Shown here: in pieces, positions 36,216 through 46,609 of the stretch | Layout: every line of letters begins with the position of its first letter | How positions within the stretch are numbered: the first letter of the stretch is position 1 | NCBI GenBank assembly: GCA_050916045.1 | Contig: CP051526.1 | Span: 1,728,001 to 1,792,000 of the forward strand | Source of the DNA: Tepidisphaera sp. | GTDB lineage: Bacteria > Planctomycetota > Phycisphaerae > Phycisphaerales > UBA1924 | Reading direction: 5' to 3' | DNA length: 64,000 bases | Notes under the pieces: model-generated | Seen by the model: only the letters and a program-made list of their open reading frames with translations | Database searches by the model: none | Told to the model about the DNA's origin: nothing | Translations under genes and position numbers: made by a program

Positions 36216-37688
36216 CTATTCCTTGGGACGCGCCTTCTCGAGCGGGTTCTCAAGCGGAATGAAGTCGCTCGCCTGCCCGTCGATCCACTGTTTCAGCCTG
36301 GGCCAGAAGACCTCGCGGATCAGGATCTTCAGGCAGGCCGCCGCCGGAATCGCCAGGATCAGCCCGTACACGCCCGCGAGGATGCCCCCCGCGATCGACG
36401 CGAACAGGATCGACGGCATGTCCATGTCCGTGTTCTTCCCTTGGATCAGCGGCGAGAGGATGTAATCGTCGAGCACCTGCGAAAGCCCCGAGATCGCAAG
36501 CGGCGCGCCGATGATCCACCACCACGCTTCCTGCCAGCCTCCCGTCCCGTCCGTGCCCAGCCACATCAAAAGCATCGCCACCGGCGCTCCCAGCCCGCCC
36601 ACGTACGGCAGAAGCGTCAGCAGCCCCACCAGCGGCCCCAGCACCAGGAACCCCGGCACTCCCGTCGCCCCGTACGCCACCGTGAAGAACACCATCAGGC
36701 ACGCGCAGATCGTCAGCCGGCCGCGGATGAACCCCGCGATCACCCGGTCCATCTGACCCAAAAGCTCGACCACGCGCCACTTGCGACGCTCGGGGATCAA
36801 CCCCTCCCAGAACGCCAGCACGCGCCCGTATCCCGAGCAGAAGAAGTAGAAGAAGAACGCGACCAGGAAAATCGAGAACGCCAGGTAACCCAGCGAGGTG
36901 ACCGCGTTGAGGAGCGTCTGGGCCCACCCCGCGCCGGACTGCAGCGCCGTCCGGCCGATCTGCGCACGGTTGTCCTTCAGCCACTTGATCACCCACGCGG
37001 TGGACTGCGCGAAGACGCCCGGTTCCTCGTTCTGTGCGGTCTGATTCGCCCGGTGCTCGGCTTGCCTGGCGACGACCCAGTCCCGGATCTTGACCCATCC
37101 GGTTCCGGGCGAGTTCTCCATCACGGGGGGCGATTCCAGCTGCGCCTTGGGACGCCCGGTCGCTTCACCATCTTCCGTCGACGCGGGGTCGGCGGCGGTC
37201 GTTCCTCGCGTGTCGGTCTCCGGCTTGTCGTTCTCGGCCTGCGGCTCGGGGGCCGCGTCCCCCGCGGACGGGGCGTCGCTGGAGGGCTTCTTCGCCGGGT
37301 CCGCGCGATCGACCGAGTGAATCAGCCACTCGACGTTCCGCGTCAGCGTCTGCACGCCCTGCACCGCCTGGATCGTCCCGAATGTCAGAGCCAGGGCCGC
37401 GGGCACCAGCCCGATGACCGTTGCCAGCAAAATGATGATCGCCGCCGCGCCCTGCCGCGACATCCGCCCCCCGCGCGTCGCCCGGCGGACCAGCGGCTCG
37501 AACATGTAGGCGAGGATCATCGCCAGGAGCAGCGGGACCGTCACCATCCGTGTGACATACCCGAGGTACACCACAAGAAGCACCGCTGCGATCATCAGCA
37601 GGTCGCGGACCGGCTGGATCTGCCACAGGTGACGCGTCATCCACGAGGGACCGCTCTCACCGGGTTTGTCGTTGGTTGTTTGGCCCAT
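36216..37688 (-). CDS. AI-2E (PerM) family transporter
   Basis: PLLLAMILAYMFEPLV, GFIRGRL, LLPYVG, LSPLIQG, GLILAIPAAA. Confidence 0.9.
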   Translation of the reverse strand: MGQTTNDKPGESGPSWMTRHLWQIQPVRDLLMIAAVLLVVYLGYVTRMVTVPLLLAMILAYMFEPLVRRATRGGRMSRQGAAAIIILLATVIGLVPAALALTFGTIQAVQGVQTLTRNVEWLIHSVDRADPAKKPSSDAPSAGDAAPEPQAENDKPETDTRGTTAADPASTEDGEATGRPKAQLESPPVMENSPGTGWVKIRDWVVARQAEHRANQTAQNEEPGVFAQSTAWVIKWLKDNRAQIGRTALQSGAGWAQTLLNAVTSLGYLAFSIFLVAFFFYFFCSGYGRVLAFWEGLIPERRKWRVVELLGQMDRVIAGFIRGRLTICACLMVFFTVAYGATGVPGFLVLGPLVGLLTLLPYVGGLGAPVAMLLMWLGTDGTGGWQEAWWWIIGAPLAISGLSQVLDDYILSPLIQGKNTDMDMPSILFASIAGGILAGVYGLILAIPAAACLKILIREVFWPRLKQWIDGQASDFIPLENPLEKARPKE

Positions 37689-37720
37689 CCCGCAACACTA
37701 CCACACCTCGGGGCACCGCG

Positions 37721-38128
37721 TCAGTGGGCAGACCCGGCCCTGAGCGTCCCGAACGTGTCGTCGAAGTCGAAGACGTTCTCGAAATCCTCGATCGAGTCCT
37801 GATCCTGCTTGCGCATCCAGCCCGCTTCGACCATCGCGAACACGATCCGGCCGAAGTCCTCGGTCTTGTGGACACCCCACGACGAAAGCACGGTCCGCGC
37901 GAGCAGGCCGTACTGCCGCTGGGCGTAGTCCTTGAGGCCAAGGCAAAGCTGCTGGCCGGAGATGTGCCTGCGATCGTCCTCGGTCTCGGTGGGGAGACCT
38001 TCCGCGTCGCCGTGCACCATCTTGACGGTGTGGGCGAGCCCCTCGCGGACGAACTGGTACGCCTGAGGCGGGTAGGGCCCCGCCTTCTCACGGATCTGCT
38101 TCCAGTCTGGCACCGGCGTCATCGACAC
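37721..38128 (-). CDS. Minf_1886-family (PVC-restricted) protein
   Basis: YPPQAYQFVREGL, HISGQQLC, YGLLARTVLSSWGV..TEDFGRIVF. AAGGAG RBS before GTG 38128 / ATG 38122. Confidence 0.8.
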   Translation of the reverse strand: MSMTPVPDWKQIREKAGPYPPQAYQFVREGLAHTVKMVHGDAEGLPTETEDDRRHISGQQLCLGLKDYAQRQYGLLARTVLSSWGVHKTEDFGRIVFAMVEAGWMRKQDQDSIEDFENVFDFDDTFGTLRAGSAH

Positions 38129-38288
38129 GGTTCCATCTCCTTGATCGCGGGACAAACAGCGGGTCCCGGGTCCTCTATGGTAGGAACCCGGCCGGTCGCT
38201 TGGCCAAGCCGGCTCCGGTTGGCCCTTTCAGGCCCGAGAAACCCGAAGCCGCCGCCCCTCCGCCCGCCACAGGCGCACCGCCCCGGCT

Positions 38289-40028
38289 TTACGCGTAGGC
38301 GTGAAGCCCCGGCAGAAGCAGATTGACGCCGAAGTACGTGAAGAGCATCACCACAAACCCGGCGACGCTCAGCCACGCCGTCGTCAGGCCTTTGTTCTTG
38401 ACCGAACCGAACCGTGTGTGAATCGCGATCAGGTACACGATCCACGTGATCAGTGCCCACGTCTCCTTCGGGTCAAAGGCCCACCAGCGGCCCCACGAAT
38501 GGTCCGCCCACCACGCTCCAAGCAGGATCCCCACTCCGAGCGTCCAGAACGCGAGTTGCAGGACCGTCATCTGGGCCGTGTCGAGATCGCCGAGCGTCCG
38601 CGCCTTGTTTGCTTGCGTGCCCAGCGCCGTCGCCACCACCTTCCCGGTTTCCTCGTCCTTCTTGGCGAAGTAGTGCGTTCCGAGGTAGAACAGGCTGATG
38701 ATAAAGCCCAGCGCAATCAGGCCGTACGACACCAGCACCGTCGTCACGTGGTACTTCAGAAGCACCGACGTGTTCAGGATCGCCGCTTCACGCTCGATCA
38801 ACTTGCCGGGAATGTTCGTCTGCGTCGCCGTGATCAGCACCAGGAACCCGACACCCGCCGACGCCGCTCCGTAAAGCCACTGACGCTTGGCCAGCATGAT
38901 CCCAAGCCCGACCACCGCCGCGAAAAGCGACAGGCCGGTCATGCTCTCAAACTGGTTCTGAATCGCGAACCGCTCCGCGATCAGGCAGCGAGCGATGAAT
39001 CCGAAAGCGTGCATCGCAACCGACGCGACCAGAAGGCCCGTGCCCAGCCACGCCAGCCACCCGCGACCCGTGCCGAACGCGAGCACCAGCGCCACCAGCG
39101 ACAGGAAGTACCCCCAGAAGCCCCACTCAAAGGCGTTGCTCCGGTTGTACATGAGCTCCAGCGACCGGGCCGTCGTCGGATACGTCGTCGGGTTGATCGT
39201 CGGCAGTGCGGCGGCCAGAGAAACCGCAGCGGTGTTCACGCCCGCGGCGTTCCGTGCGCGCCAGGCTTTGCCAAGGTCCGTCGCCGCGACCCGGGCCGGG
39301 TGGTTCGCCGGGAGCGATGAGAGGTGCTGCCACGGGTCCTCCGCGACGGCGGGCGCGACCATCAGCAGGTTCGCGGGGGAGCGCTCCCACAGCGACAAAG
39401 CGGACTGAAGCTTGTCAAACGCCGCGCGGTACGGCTGCTCCATCATGTGGGCGTCGTAGATCTTGTCCACGTGCGTCACGTACACGCTGGGGGCGAGCTG
39501 GATCCGCTTGAGCTCGCGGTCCTGTCTCGCCTGGTCATCGGGATACTCGGCTTCCATGAACGCCCGCCGCAGGGGCAGGTAGTCCACGCCGAGCAGCGGC
39601 TTGGTGACGTAGTATCTGGGCTCGATCATCAGGTCGATCCAGGTGAAGAGCGGGTCGTGACGGTACTTGAGGTACGCGGGCTTGCCGTTGACCGTCTCGG
39701 GCACGTAGTCGATGTACTTCTTCGCGCCCATCAGTTTGCTGACGGTCTCACGGGAGAGTGTGTCCATGATCTTCACGCGGCCGTTGTGAAAGACCGACAG
39801 GTCTCGGAGCGGGGTCAGGTCGACCTGCTTGGAGAACTCGACCTTCTCCTGCACCGTCGTCTCGGGGATCGAGGGATCGGGCAGGCCGAACGGCGGCGCG
39901 AACCCGCTCGCGTTCGACACATCCTGCGTCGCCGGGTGCGCGTTGCCGTCCGGAGCGTACTGAGCAAGCGTTCGCGAACCGAACGCGAACGCGATCATCG
40001 CGATGAGCAATCCCATTCGTGTCGTCAC
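38289..40028 (-). CDS. ccsA: Cytochrome c biogenesis system II protein CcsA/ResC
   Basis: WWD motif GAWWADHSWGRWWAFDPKETW, GRVKIMDT, LHAYA terminus, multiple TMs. Confidence 0.93.
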   Translation of the reverse strand: MTTRMGLLIAMIAFAFGSRTLAQYAPDGNAHPATQDVSNASGFAPPFGLPDPSIPETTVQEKVEFSKQVDLTPLRDLSVFHNGRVKIMDTLSRETVSKLMGAKKYIDYVPETVNGKPAYLKYRHDPLFTWIDLMIEPRYYVTKPLLGVDYLPLRRAFMEAEYPDDQARQDRELKRIQLAPSVYVTHVDKIYDAHMMEQPYRAAFDKLQSALSLWERSPANLLMVAPAVAEDPWQHLSSLPANHPARVAATDLGKAWRARNAAGVNTAAVSLAAALPTINPTTYPTTARSLELMYNRSNAFEWGFWGYFLSLVALVLAFGTGRGWLAWLGTGLLVASVAMHAFGFIARCLIAERFAIQNQFESMTGLSLFAAVVGLGIMLAKRQWLYGAASAGVGFLVLITATQTNIPGKLIEREAAILNTSVLLKYHVTTVLVSYGLIALGFIISLFYLGTHYFAKKDEETGKVVATALGTQANKARTLGDLDTAQMTVLQLAFWTLGVGILLGAWWADHSWGRWWAFDPKETWALITWIVYLIAIHTRFGSVKNKGLTTAWLSVAGFVVMLFTYFGVNLLLPGLHAYA

Positions 40029-42736
40029 GGCACAGACTCCTTCACCACCGGTTTGACGTACGTCCCCGCGGCCACCATCGCTTGGATCCGGCGTTTCTCA
40101 CGCTGAACCAGCCAAGGCTTGACGTAGAACGCCCACGGGATGCCAAGCCCCATCAAGATGCCGCCAAGGGCGATGAGGTGGATCCCCGGATTGTTTCCGA
40201 CCTGCAGAATCGTGAACTTCGCGAACGGCCGCTTGAGACGCCCCGCATCCGTCTGCCGCTGCGTCTCCTGCCAGCCGCCCGCGTCCCATCCCGCCTGGCT
40301 GAACTTGAACTGCCCGGGGTTGAGCCCCGAAGTGAACGTGCCCGCGAGATTCCCCAGCAGGCCGCGGGTCTCGTTCCAAAGGAACGGCGCGGTCAGCGGG
40401 TAGTTCAAGCTCGCGATGTGCTCGTAGTCTTCGAACGACCCGTTCGACGAGTCGACCTCGATCGTCGATTGGTAGTCTCTCGGCGACCCGCGGTGGTCGT
40501 ACGAGATCATCTCAAAGTCCTTCAGCCGGAGCGTGAACCCCGGCAGCGTGTGGTGCATCCGCCCGAACGCCAGGATCAGCTTGCGACCGTCGGGAAGCGT
40601 CATCGCCCGCTCGGTCGGACGGCTGTTGTCCATGTACTTGGTGAACGGGAGCCAGATCACCCTCGACATGGCTTTGTCCGACCCGCCCTCGCGCCAGGTG
40701 ACCTCGACCGCCATCGCGGCTTCGTCGTGCGTGCCCACGCGTGAGCGGTCCTGCTCCATCTCGGGAACGGGCATCGGCCGTTCGATCGCCGTCGAGTGGT
40801 CCCAGCGTTCGGTCAGGACCAAGCCGAGCTGGTCGCCGACGACCGGGATCGGCGTCTTGATCGGAGATGGAGGCAGCACCGTGAGATCCCCGCCCTCGCG
40901 GCGGATCACCGCTCGGATCACGTCCGGTGCCGGGCTGTCCGCGTAAAGCGACATCGGCTGCGAAGCGTCGATGTACCCGATGCGGATCGCGGGATCCGCG
41001 GCCCGCCGCTTGGGCATTCCGTTCTCGCCCATCCCCGGCAGGAAGTCCTGGCTGATCTCAGGGAACCGGTGGTAGACCCAGCGGTCATAGCTCTCGCCGG
41101 CGGGCGTGGTGATCGTGACCTTGACGAGGCTGCTGGTCGCGCCCTCGTATCCCGGCGTGATGATCGGAAACTCCGGCTTGGGCTCAAGCGCGGTGACCGC
41201 GACCACGTACCCGGTGCCGCCCACCGCGAACTTCGTGCCGACCTCGACCGGCGTCACGACGCGGACCGGCTTGCCGTCGGATCCGTTCATCCCGGGGATT
41301 TCGGCCACCAACGCGTGCCGAGTGCCCTGCGGGAGACGTTCGGAAAGATCGCGGAACCGATCCTCCGTCATGCCGCCGAACCGGCCGAGGGTGTACTCCA
41401 TCGAGAGACCGCCGTCGGAGTTGATCCGTGTCGCGGGCTGGCCGGGAAGCACGATCAGCGTGAGCGCCTCGGAAGATGGGAGGGCTTCGCCGGACCGCAT
41501 GGGCCTGATGAACCAGACGGGACGGGGAGCTTCGCCCGCCGCGACCTCCGAGATGTCCGCTTTGACGTAATCCGGGGTCAGCTCCGCGTAGGGCGCGTAG
41601 CCGACGACACGCACCGAGACCGAGCGGCCCAGCGTGCGACGCACCAACTCGCGAATGACTTCTTCCGGCAGCGAGCTGGCTTTGGACCCAAGCGCGACGA
41701 ACTCCGCAGCCGTCACGCCGCGATCGACCATGCCCTGTACTTCGGCCGCGCTGAAGCCGGCGGCTTCCAAGCGGCGGCGGAGCGAGCGATCCAGCGCCGG
41801 ATTCACCGGCGCCGCCAGCGGAATGTCAAGCGTGCGGCCGTTGACGGCCGGGTCAAGCCACGGCGCGTTCGGACGCGCTAGGTCGTTGGCCGTCTTCCCG
41901 CTCACCGCCGAAAGGTTGTACGAGTTGTACCGCGGCAAACCGGGAATCAGCCGCTGCTCGAATGCGCCGCCGAAAGAGAGGTGCAGAGCCACCCGCGTGT
42001 TGTCGTGAAACCCGCCTTGCGGCGGCCCCATCGTCGGCGTCCCGGTCGCCGGGTCCGGCGCTCCAGCCAGCAGCAGCAGATCGCCCTCAAGCTTGTTCGC
42101 GTGGTAGTACACGCTCCCCAGCGCGATCGTGATGATCCCCGTGTGCACCGTCAGCACGCCCAGATTCTTGAAGTTGAACTCGATCCGCCGCGCCGTCGCG
42201 ATCACCATGTTCATCACGAACGCAAGCAGGATCACCCGAAGCGGCCACCACCCGTAAAACTCAAGCTCCGACATCTCCACGCCCGGCAAACGCCGGAGCG
42301 TGCTCGACTTGTAGTCGTCGCAGAACTCCGCAAAGAACCGCAAGCCCGTTCCACGAGCCGGGTCATAGTGCAGCGGCGGCCACACCAGCGTCCACCAAAG
42401 CCAGACCGAAAGCACCCCAAGCCCACAGAACAGCACTACACCCGTCACGAACGCCGCCCCCCGGCCCGGCACCTTCCGCGCAATCGCCCACGACGGCAAC
42501 GCCGCGATCACCGCCACCATCGCCAGCACCGTCAGCGCGTACACCGCGTACGTCGGCGCAAGCGCGATCAGACCGATTGGAACGCTCGCAAGCACGCCGT
42601 ACAACGCGACACACACCAGCAAAGAGACCGCCAGCCCGATCGAGCTGAACGCCCTCACAAGCACCTTCGCGGGCCACGCCCACTTTGGAAAGTGCTCATC
42701 ATCCCAAGCCAGACTCCGCCGCCATTTGGCGCTCAT
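40025..42736 (-). CDS. Cytochrome c biogenesis protein CcsB/ResB-like
   Basis: N-terminal TMs with GVLTVHTG, large periplasmic domain, PRDYQS, LNYPL, FSQAGWD, C-terminal TM. Overlaps ccsA by 4 nt. Confidence 0.75.
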   Translation of the reverse strand: MSAKWRRSLAWDDEHFPKWAWPAKVLVRAFSSIGLAVSLLVCVALYGVLASVPIGLIALAPTYAVYALTVLAMVAVIAALPSWAIARKVPGRGAAFVTGVVLFCGLGVLSVWLWWTLVWPPLHYDPARGTGLRFFAEFCDDYKSSTLRRLPGVEMSELEFYGWWPLRVILLAFVMNMVIATARRIEFNFKNLGVLTVHTGIITIALGSVYYHANKLEGDLLLLAGAPDPATGTPTMGPPQGGFHDNTRVALHLSFGGAFEQRLIPGLPRYNSYNLSAVSGKTANDLARPNAPWLDPAVNGRTLDIPLAAPVNPALDRSLRRRLEAAGFSAAEVQGMVDRGVTAAEFVALGSKASSLPEEVIRELVRRTLGRSVSVRVVGYAPYAELTPDYVKADISEVAAGEAPRPVWFIRPMRSGEALPSSEALTLIVLPGQPATRINSDGGLSMEYTLGRFGGMTEDRFRDLSERLPQGTRHALVAEIPGMNGSDGKPVRVVTPVEVGTKFAVGGTGYVVAVTALEPKPEFPIITPGYEGATSSLVKVTITTPAGESYDRWVYHRFPEISQDFLPGMGENGMPKRRAADPAIRIGYIDASQPMSLYADSPAPDVIRAVIRREGGDLTVLPPSPIKTPIPVVGDQLGLVLTERWDHSTAIERPMPVPEMEQDRSRVGTHDEAAMAVEVTWREGGSDKAMSRVIWLPFTKYMDNSRPTERAMTLPDGRKLILAFGRMHHTLPGFTLRLKDFEMISYDHRGSPRDYQSTIEVDSSNGSFEDYEHIASLNYPLTAPFLWNETRGLLGNLAGTFTSGLNPGQFKFSQAGWDAGGWQETQRQTDAGRLKRPFAKFTILQVGNNPGIHLIALGGILMGLGIPWAFYVKPWLVQREKRRIQAMVAAGTYVKPVVKESVP

Positions 42737-42802
42737 CGTTGAATATCACTCCTGTGGTCCACCCGCCGGATTCTACGTGCCTCGCCGCCCCCTGATTCTT
42801 GT

Positions 42803-44149
42803 TCAACCGTACGAAGTGCGCAGAAACAGCAATTCCGGGACCCCCGATCCGGAGAGTACCCGATTCAAGTGGTCTCCCGTTCCGCCTCCCACCCGCACCG
42901 CCACAAGTCCGCGCGGCGAGCACTCCAGCCCCACTTCGCCGAACCGGAACTCGGCCGCCGGCAGGCCCAAAGCCCGTGCCCCGCGGGTCGTCATCATGCC
43001 CAGCAACATCGCAGGATCCGCCGAGTCCCGACGGTACAGGAATCGGGCTTCGTCCAGAACCGAGATCCCGCCGCGTGCCGCGTCCGCCGCTTCGTTTGGC
43101 AAATTGATGATCGAGTCCGTCCCCAAGCAGACGTTGATCCCCGCCGAGAGCATGTCGCGGTAGCGGTGGGGGCCGAAAGCCATCTCCGCTTGGAAGTAGC
43201 TCGACGACCGCGGGCAGTACGCAACCGGCCCCGCCAGACGCTCAAAGTCCGCGTCCGACACGTCGTTGCAGTGCACCACCAGGGTGCTCGACCCCGCCAG
43301 AGCCGGCGCCATGTGCTCGATCGGCGTCCGGCCCGCCGAGTACTCGCTCTCAAGCCCGTCGTGCCAGAGTCCGAACCGTTCGAGCAACTGCCGGTGGGGG
43401 CCCTTCCCCCCAGCGATGAACTCGCGCTCCGCCTGGCTTTCCGCCAGATGGGTGCAGACCAAAGCCCCGAGCCTGGCTGCATCGGCCACCGTCCGCCGAT
43501 ACGCCGCGAGCGACACCGTGTACGGGGCGTGAGGCGAGATACCAGGCCGAACGTTCCGCGTGGCGCGCGCACAGCACCCCGCCAAAATCTCCGAAGCCTT
43601 CGCCGCCCGCTCGACGTCCCCTCGCCCGATCCCGAAATACTCGATGAAGCTGACCCCGGCAAGGTTCGAAGCCGCCAGCTCCTCAAACGGCACCGTGCTC
43701 GGGCCGCTCGGCGGACATCCCGCGATGTCGCCCACCGCAACCACGCCCCCAGCCAGCGAAAGCTCGATTCCGCGGCGAACCGACGCCCGGATCGCGTCCT
43801 CCTCGGACGGCCGGTGCTTCACGACATGCCCGAGAAACCGAGGGAAATCCCCGCGGCCCCCCTCGAAAGGCCCGACGGCGGTGAGATCCAGGTGGGTGTG
43901 CGCGTTCACAAGCCCGGGGATCAGCACGCTGTCGCGGAGGTCGATCCGGCGGATCTCCTGCCCGGCCGCTTGCGGGACCCGGTCCGCCTCGGCGGGGGGG
44001 AGAATCCGAACCGAGAACGATCCGCCCGGCTCCGTCCGAACGAGCACGCTCGCCGGCGCGAGGATGATCCCGCGCTCGTCGGCGATCGCCGCGACGTCAA
44101 GCCGAAAGGTCGCCGGACTGCCGGAGTCGAAATTGAGCGGACGGTTCAT
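42803..44149 (-). CDS. Amidohydrolase-family deaminase (chlorohydrolase / aminodeoxyfutalosine deaminase-like)
   Basis: PGLVNAHTHLD, SPHAPY, THLAES, VHCN, LGTDS. Confidence 0.85.
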   Translation of the reverse strand: MNRPLNFDSGSPATFRLDVAAIADERGIILAPASVLVRTEPGGSFSVRILPPAEADRVPQAAGQEIRRIDLRDSVLIPGLVNAHTHLDLTAVGPFEGGRGDFPRFLGHVVKHRPSEEDAIRASVRRGIELSLAGGVVAVGDIAGCPPSGPSTVPFEELAASNLAGVSFIEYFGIGRGDVERAAKASEILAGCCARATRNVRPGISPHAPYTVSLAAYRRTVADAARLGALVCTHLAESQAEREFIAGGKGPHRQLLERFGLWHDGLESEYSAGRTPIEHMAPALAGSSTLVVHCNDVSDADFERLAGPVAYCPRSSSYFQAEMAFGPHRYRDMLSAGINVCLGTDSIINLPNEAADAARGGISVLDEARFLYRRDSADPAMLLGMMTTRGARALGLPAAEFRFGEVGLECSPRGLVAVRVGGGTGDHLNRVLSGSGVPELLFLRTSYG

Positions 44150-44307
44150 GCCATTTTCCCGGTTTGGTCGATCATAGAACGCGCGAGGGTGGATTCCGGC
44201 CCTGCCAGAGGCACTGGTTGCGGGTCGGTTCGCCTATCATCGCGCGTCTCCCTCAGGACAGATCGCACATCGCCGGCTGGACGCCGGTCTTGCGGAGCAA
44301 CGACCCC

Positions 44308-45225
44308 ATGAATCGTCCCACGACTGCTTTCCTCGGTTCCCGTTCTCTTCGGTCCCTCCTCGCCTGCGCGGGCATTGCGGTCGGCGGCCTCATGCTCACC
44401 GGCGTCGGCGGTTGCGTCGCGCAGGAGGACTACGACCGTCTTCACCAGCAGATCGACAGCCTCGAAAACCGCAACGGCGTCCTCATGCGTGAACGCGACG
44501 CGGCTGTGAAAGCCCTCGCGGACGCCAACGCCGCCCTGGCCGCCAACGAAGAGGCTCTCAACGCCCTTCGGCGGATCAACGGCGAGCTGACCGGCCGCCT
44601 GCAGGGCATGGGTGCCAACCTCAACGACCTCATGGCCCAGCTCGACGGCCTCAAGCTCTCCGCTCTGGACCCGGACACCAACGCCCTGCTCCGCGAGCTG
44701 GCGAATCAGTATCCCGACCTCATCACCTTCGATGAAGCCAAGGGCATGCTCCGCTTCAACAGCGACCTGACCTTCAACTCGGGCGACGACACCGTCAAGC
44801 CCGAAGGGCGCCAGGCGCTCACCGCTCTCGCGAACATCCTCAACAACCCGGTCGCGAGCAGCTACGACGTGATCGTCCTGGGCCACACGGACTCGCAGCC
44901 CATCGGCCGCTCGGCTTCTCGCCATCCGACGAACATCCACCTGTCCGTCCACCGCGCCATCGCCGTTCGCCGCGTCCTCACCGAGCAGTCAGTGGCCGGT
45001 GACAAGATGCAGGTCGCCGGCTGGGGCGAGTTCCGCCCCGCCGTTCCCAACACGCCCAGCGGCAACACCCCCCAGAACCGCCGCGTCGAGATCTACCTCA
45101 CCCGTCACAAGGGCAGCGAAGCGTCGGGCTCGGCGTCCGCCGCCCCCGCGAACGTCGAAGCCCCGCGCACGGCGACGCCCTCCGGCGGCGGCAGCCCGAA
45201 CCGGCCCTCGGACGTTCTGAAGTAA
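44308..45225 (+). CDS. OmpA/MotB-domain lipoprotein with coiled-coil
   Basis: Lipobox VGGC; coiled coil; FNSG, GHTDSQP, LSVHRA, GWGEFRP, NRRVEI. Confidence 0.9.
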   Translation: MNRPTTAFLGSRSLRSLLACAGIAVGGLMLTGVGGCVAQEDYDRLHQQIDSLENRNGVLMRERDAAVKALADANAALAANEEALNALRRINGELTGRLQGMGANLNDLMAQLDGLKLSALDPDTNALLRELANQYPDLITFDEAKGMLRFNSDLTFNSGDDTVKPEGRQALTALANILNNPVASSYDVIVLGHTDSQPIGRSASRHPTNIHLSVHRAIAVRRVLTEQSVAGDKMQVAGWGEFRPAVPNTPSGNTPQNRRVEIYLTRHKGSEASGSASAAPANVEAPRTATPSGGGSPNRPSDVLK

Positions 45226-45264
45226 AGAACTCTTCACGCACCGAAAATCGAAAGAACCCTGAAT

Positions 45265-45297
45265 AATGAGCCCCGAGTGATCGGGGCTCATTTCTTT
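45265..45297 (+). terminator. Intrinsic terminator
   Basis: AATGAGCCCCGA-GTGA-TCGGGGCTCATT followed by TCTTT. Confidence 0.85.
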
Positions 45298-45444
45298 GGA
45301 TCAACACAACCTTCGCGACCAACAAATCAGTTCGAGAGCAGGGTTTCGGAACGCTTCGCGCACCCCGCCGGTAGACTGGGTTCGCGGTCGTGCATGAGCG
45401 GGTCGGTTTGCCCCGCTCGGCGGTCCGAATCCAAGGAGGTTTCT

Positions 45445-46494
45445 ATGTTGTTCAAAGTTCAGAAGTTGGCGGCTTCGGTGCTCGTGATGTGTGCGGGCGC
45501 GGCGATGGCCCAGCCCGGCAACGATCTCTGTTCGAACCCCGAGCCCATCAGCGGCCTGGGCGATTTCGCGTTTGACTCCTTTGGGGCGGTCACCGACGGT
45601 GTCGAGTTCGGCTGCGCTCTCGGGCAGGCGTACAACGACGTCTGGTACTGCTGGACGGCGACGGAATCCGGCCCGGTCCGGGCCAAGCTCTGCAACGGCG
45701 CGCCGGGGTTTGACACGGTGATCGCCGTGTACGACGGTTGCGGCTGCCCCGCGGATTTCGGCGAGATCGTCTGCAACGACGATTCGTGCGGGCTGTCGAG
45801 CTCGGTCAACTTCGACGCCGTCGCGGGCCAGACCTACCTCATCCGCATCGGCGCCTTCGACGAGGGCGGCACCGGCTCGGGCACCCTCACCCTCGAAACC
45901 TTTGTCCCCGGCGTGGTCCTCGGCCCCATCGTCAGCCCCATCAATGGCAACACTTACTACCTCCTCGAGCCCAACAGCTGGACCGGCGGCGAGGAAGCCG
46001 CCAACGCTCTCGGCGGCCACCTGGCCACCGTCCGTTCCGCCGAAGAAAACGACTGGATCTACTCCGAAGTCATCCGCGCCGGCGGCGCGATCCGCCGCGG
46101 CTGGATCGGCCTCAACGACGTCGCCGAGGAAGGGACCTTCGTCTGGTCCAGCGGCGAGCCGGTCACCTACACGAACTGGGGCGCGGGCGAACCCAACAAC
46201 GCCAACGGCGTCGAGCACTTCGCCCAGATTCCGTGGTTCAGCCTCCAGTGGAACGACAACTCCGACCTTCCCGGCGACGATCCCTGCTATCCGGTGGTCG
46301 AGATCGTGACCGGCGGAACGTGCCCCGCGGACTTCAACGGCGACGACTTCGTCGACTTCTTCGACTACGCCGACTTCGTCGCGTGCTTCGAGGGCGAGTG
46401 CCTCGCGGGTCAGACGGCGGACTTCAACGGCGACGACTTCGTGGACTTTTTCGACTACTCCGACTTCGTCGATGCATTCGAGACGGGCTGCTGA
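45445..46494 (+). CDS. Secreted C-type-lectin-domain protein with C-terminal GC-type dockerin-like domain
   Basis: AAGGAGG RBS; signal peptide; GGHLATV, WIGLND, YTNWGAGEPNN, WND. Terminal duplicated ADFNGDDFVDFFDY ending in GC. Confidence 0.9.
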   Translation: MLFKVQKLAASVLVMCAGAAMAQPGNDLCSNPEPISGLGDFAFDSFGAVTDGVEFGCALGQAYNDVWYCWTATESGPVRAKLCNGAPGFDTVIAVYDGCGCPADFGEIVCNDDSCGLSSSVNFDAVAGQTYLIRIGAFDEGGTGSGTLTLETFVPGVVLGPIVSPINGNTYYLLEPNSWTGGEEAANALGGHLATVRSAEENDWIYSEVIRAGGAIRRGWIGLNDVAEEGTFVWSSGEPVTYTNWGAGEPNNANGVEHFAQIPWFSLQWNDNSDLPGDDPCYPVVEIVTGGTCPADFNGDDFVDFFDYADFVACFEGECLAGQTADFNGDDFVDFFDYSDFVDAFETGC

Positions 46495-46609
46495 TCAAGC
46501 CGATCGTCCCGGCCGCCGCGTGAGAACGCGGCGGCCGTCTTCCTCTGGTGCCAAGCCTCGCCTCCAGGCCGCCACGAACCCCTCCGCGGCCGGCGACGTA
46601 CCATCGTTC

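Noticed and set aside
35058..37802. 914-aa plus-strand ORF, and similar long antisense ORFs (e.g. 50449-52680, 52602-54584, 17889-19835)
   Set aside because: They are mirror frames of clearly recognisable genes on the opposite strand and carry no motifs.
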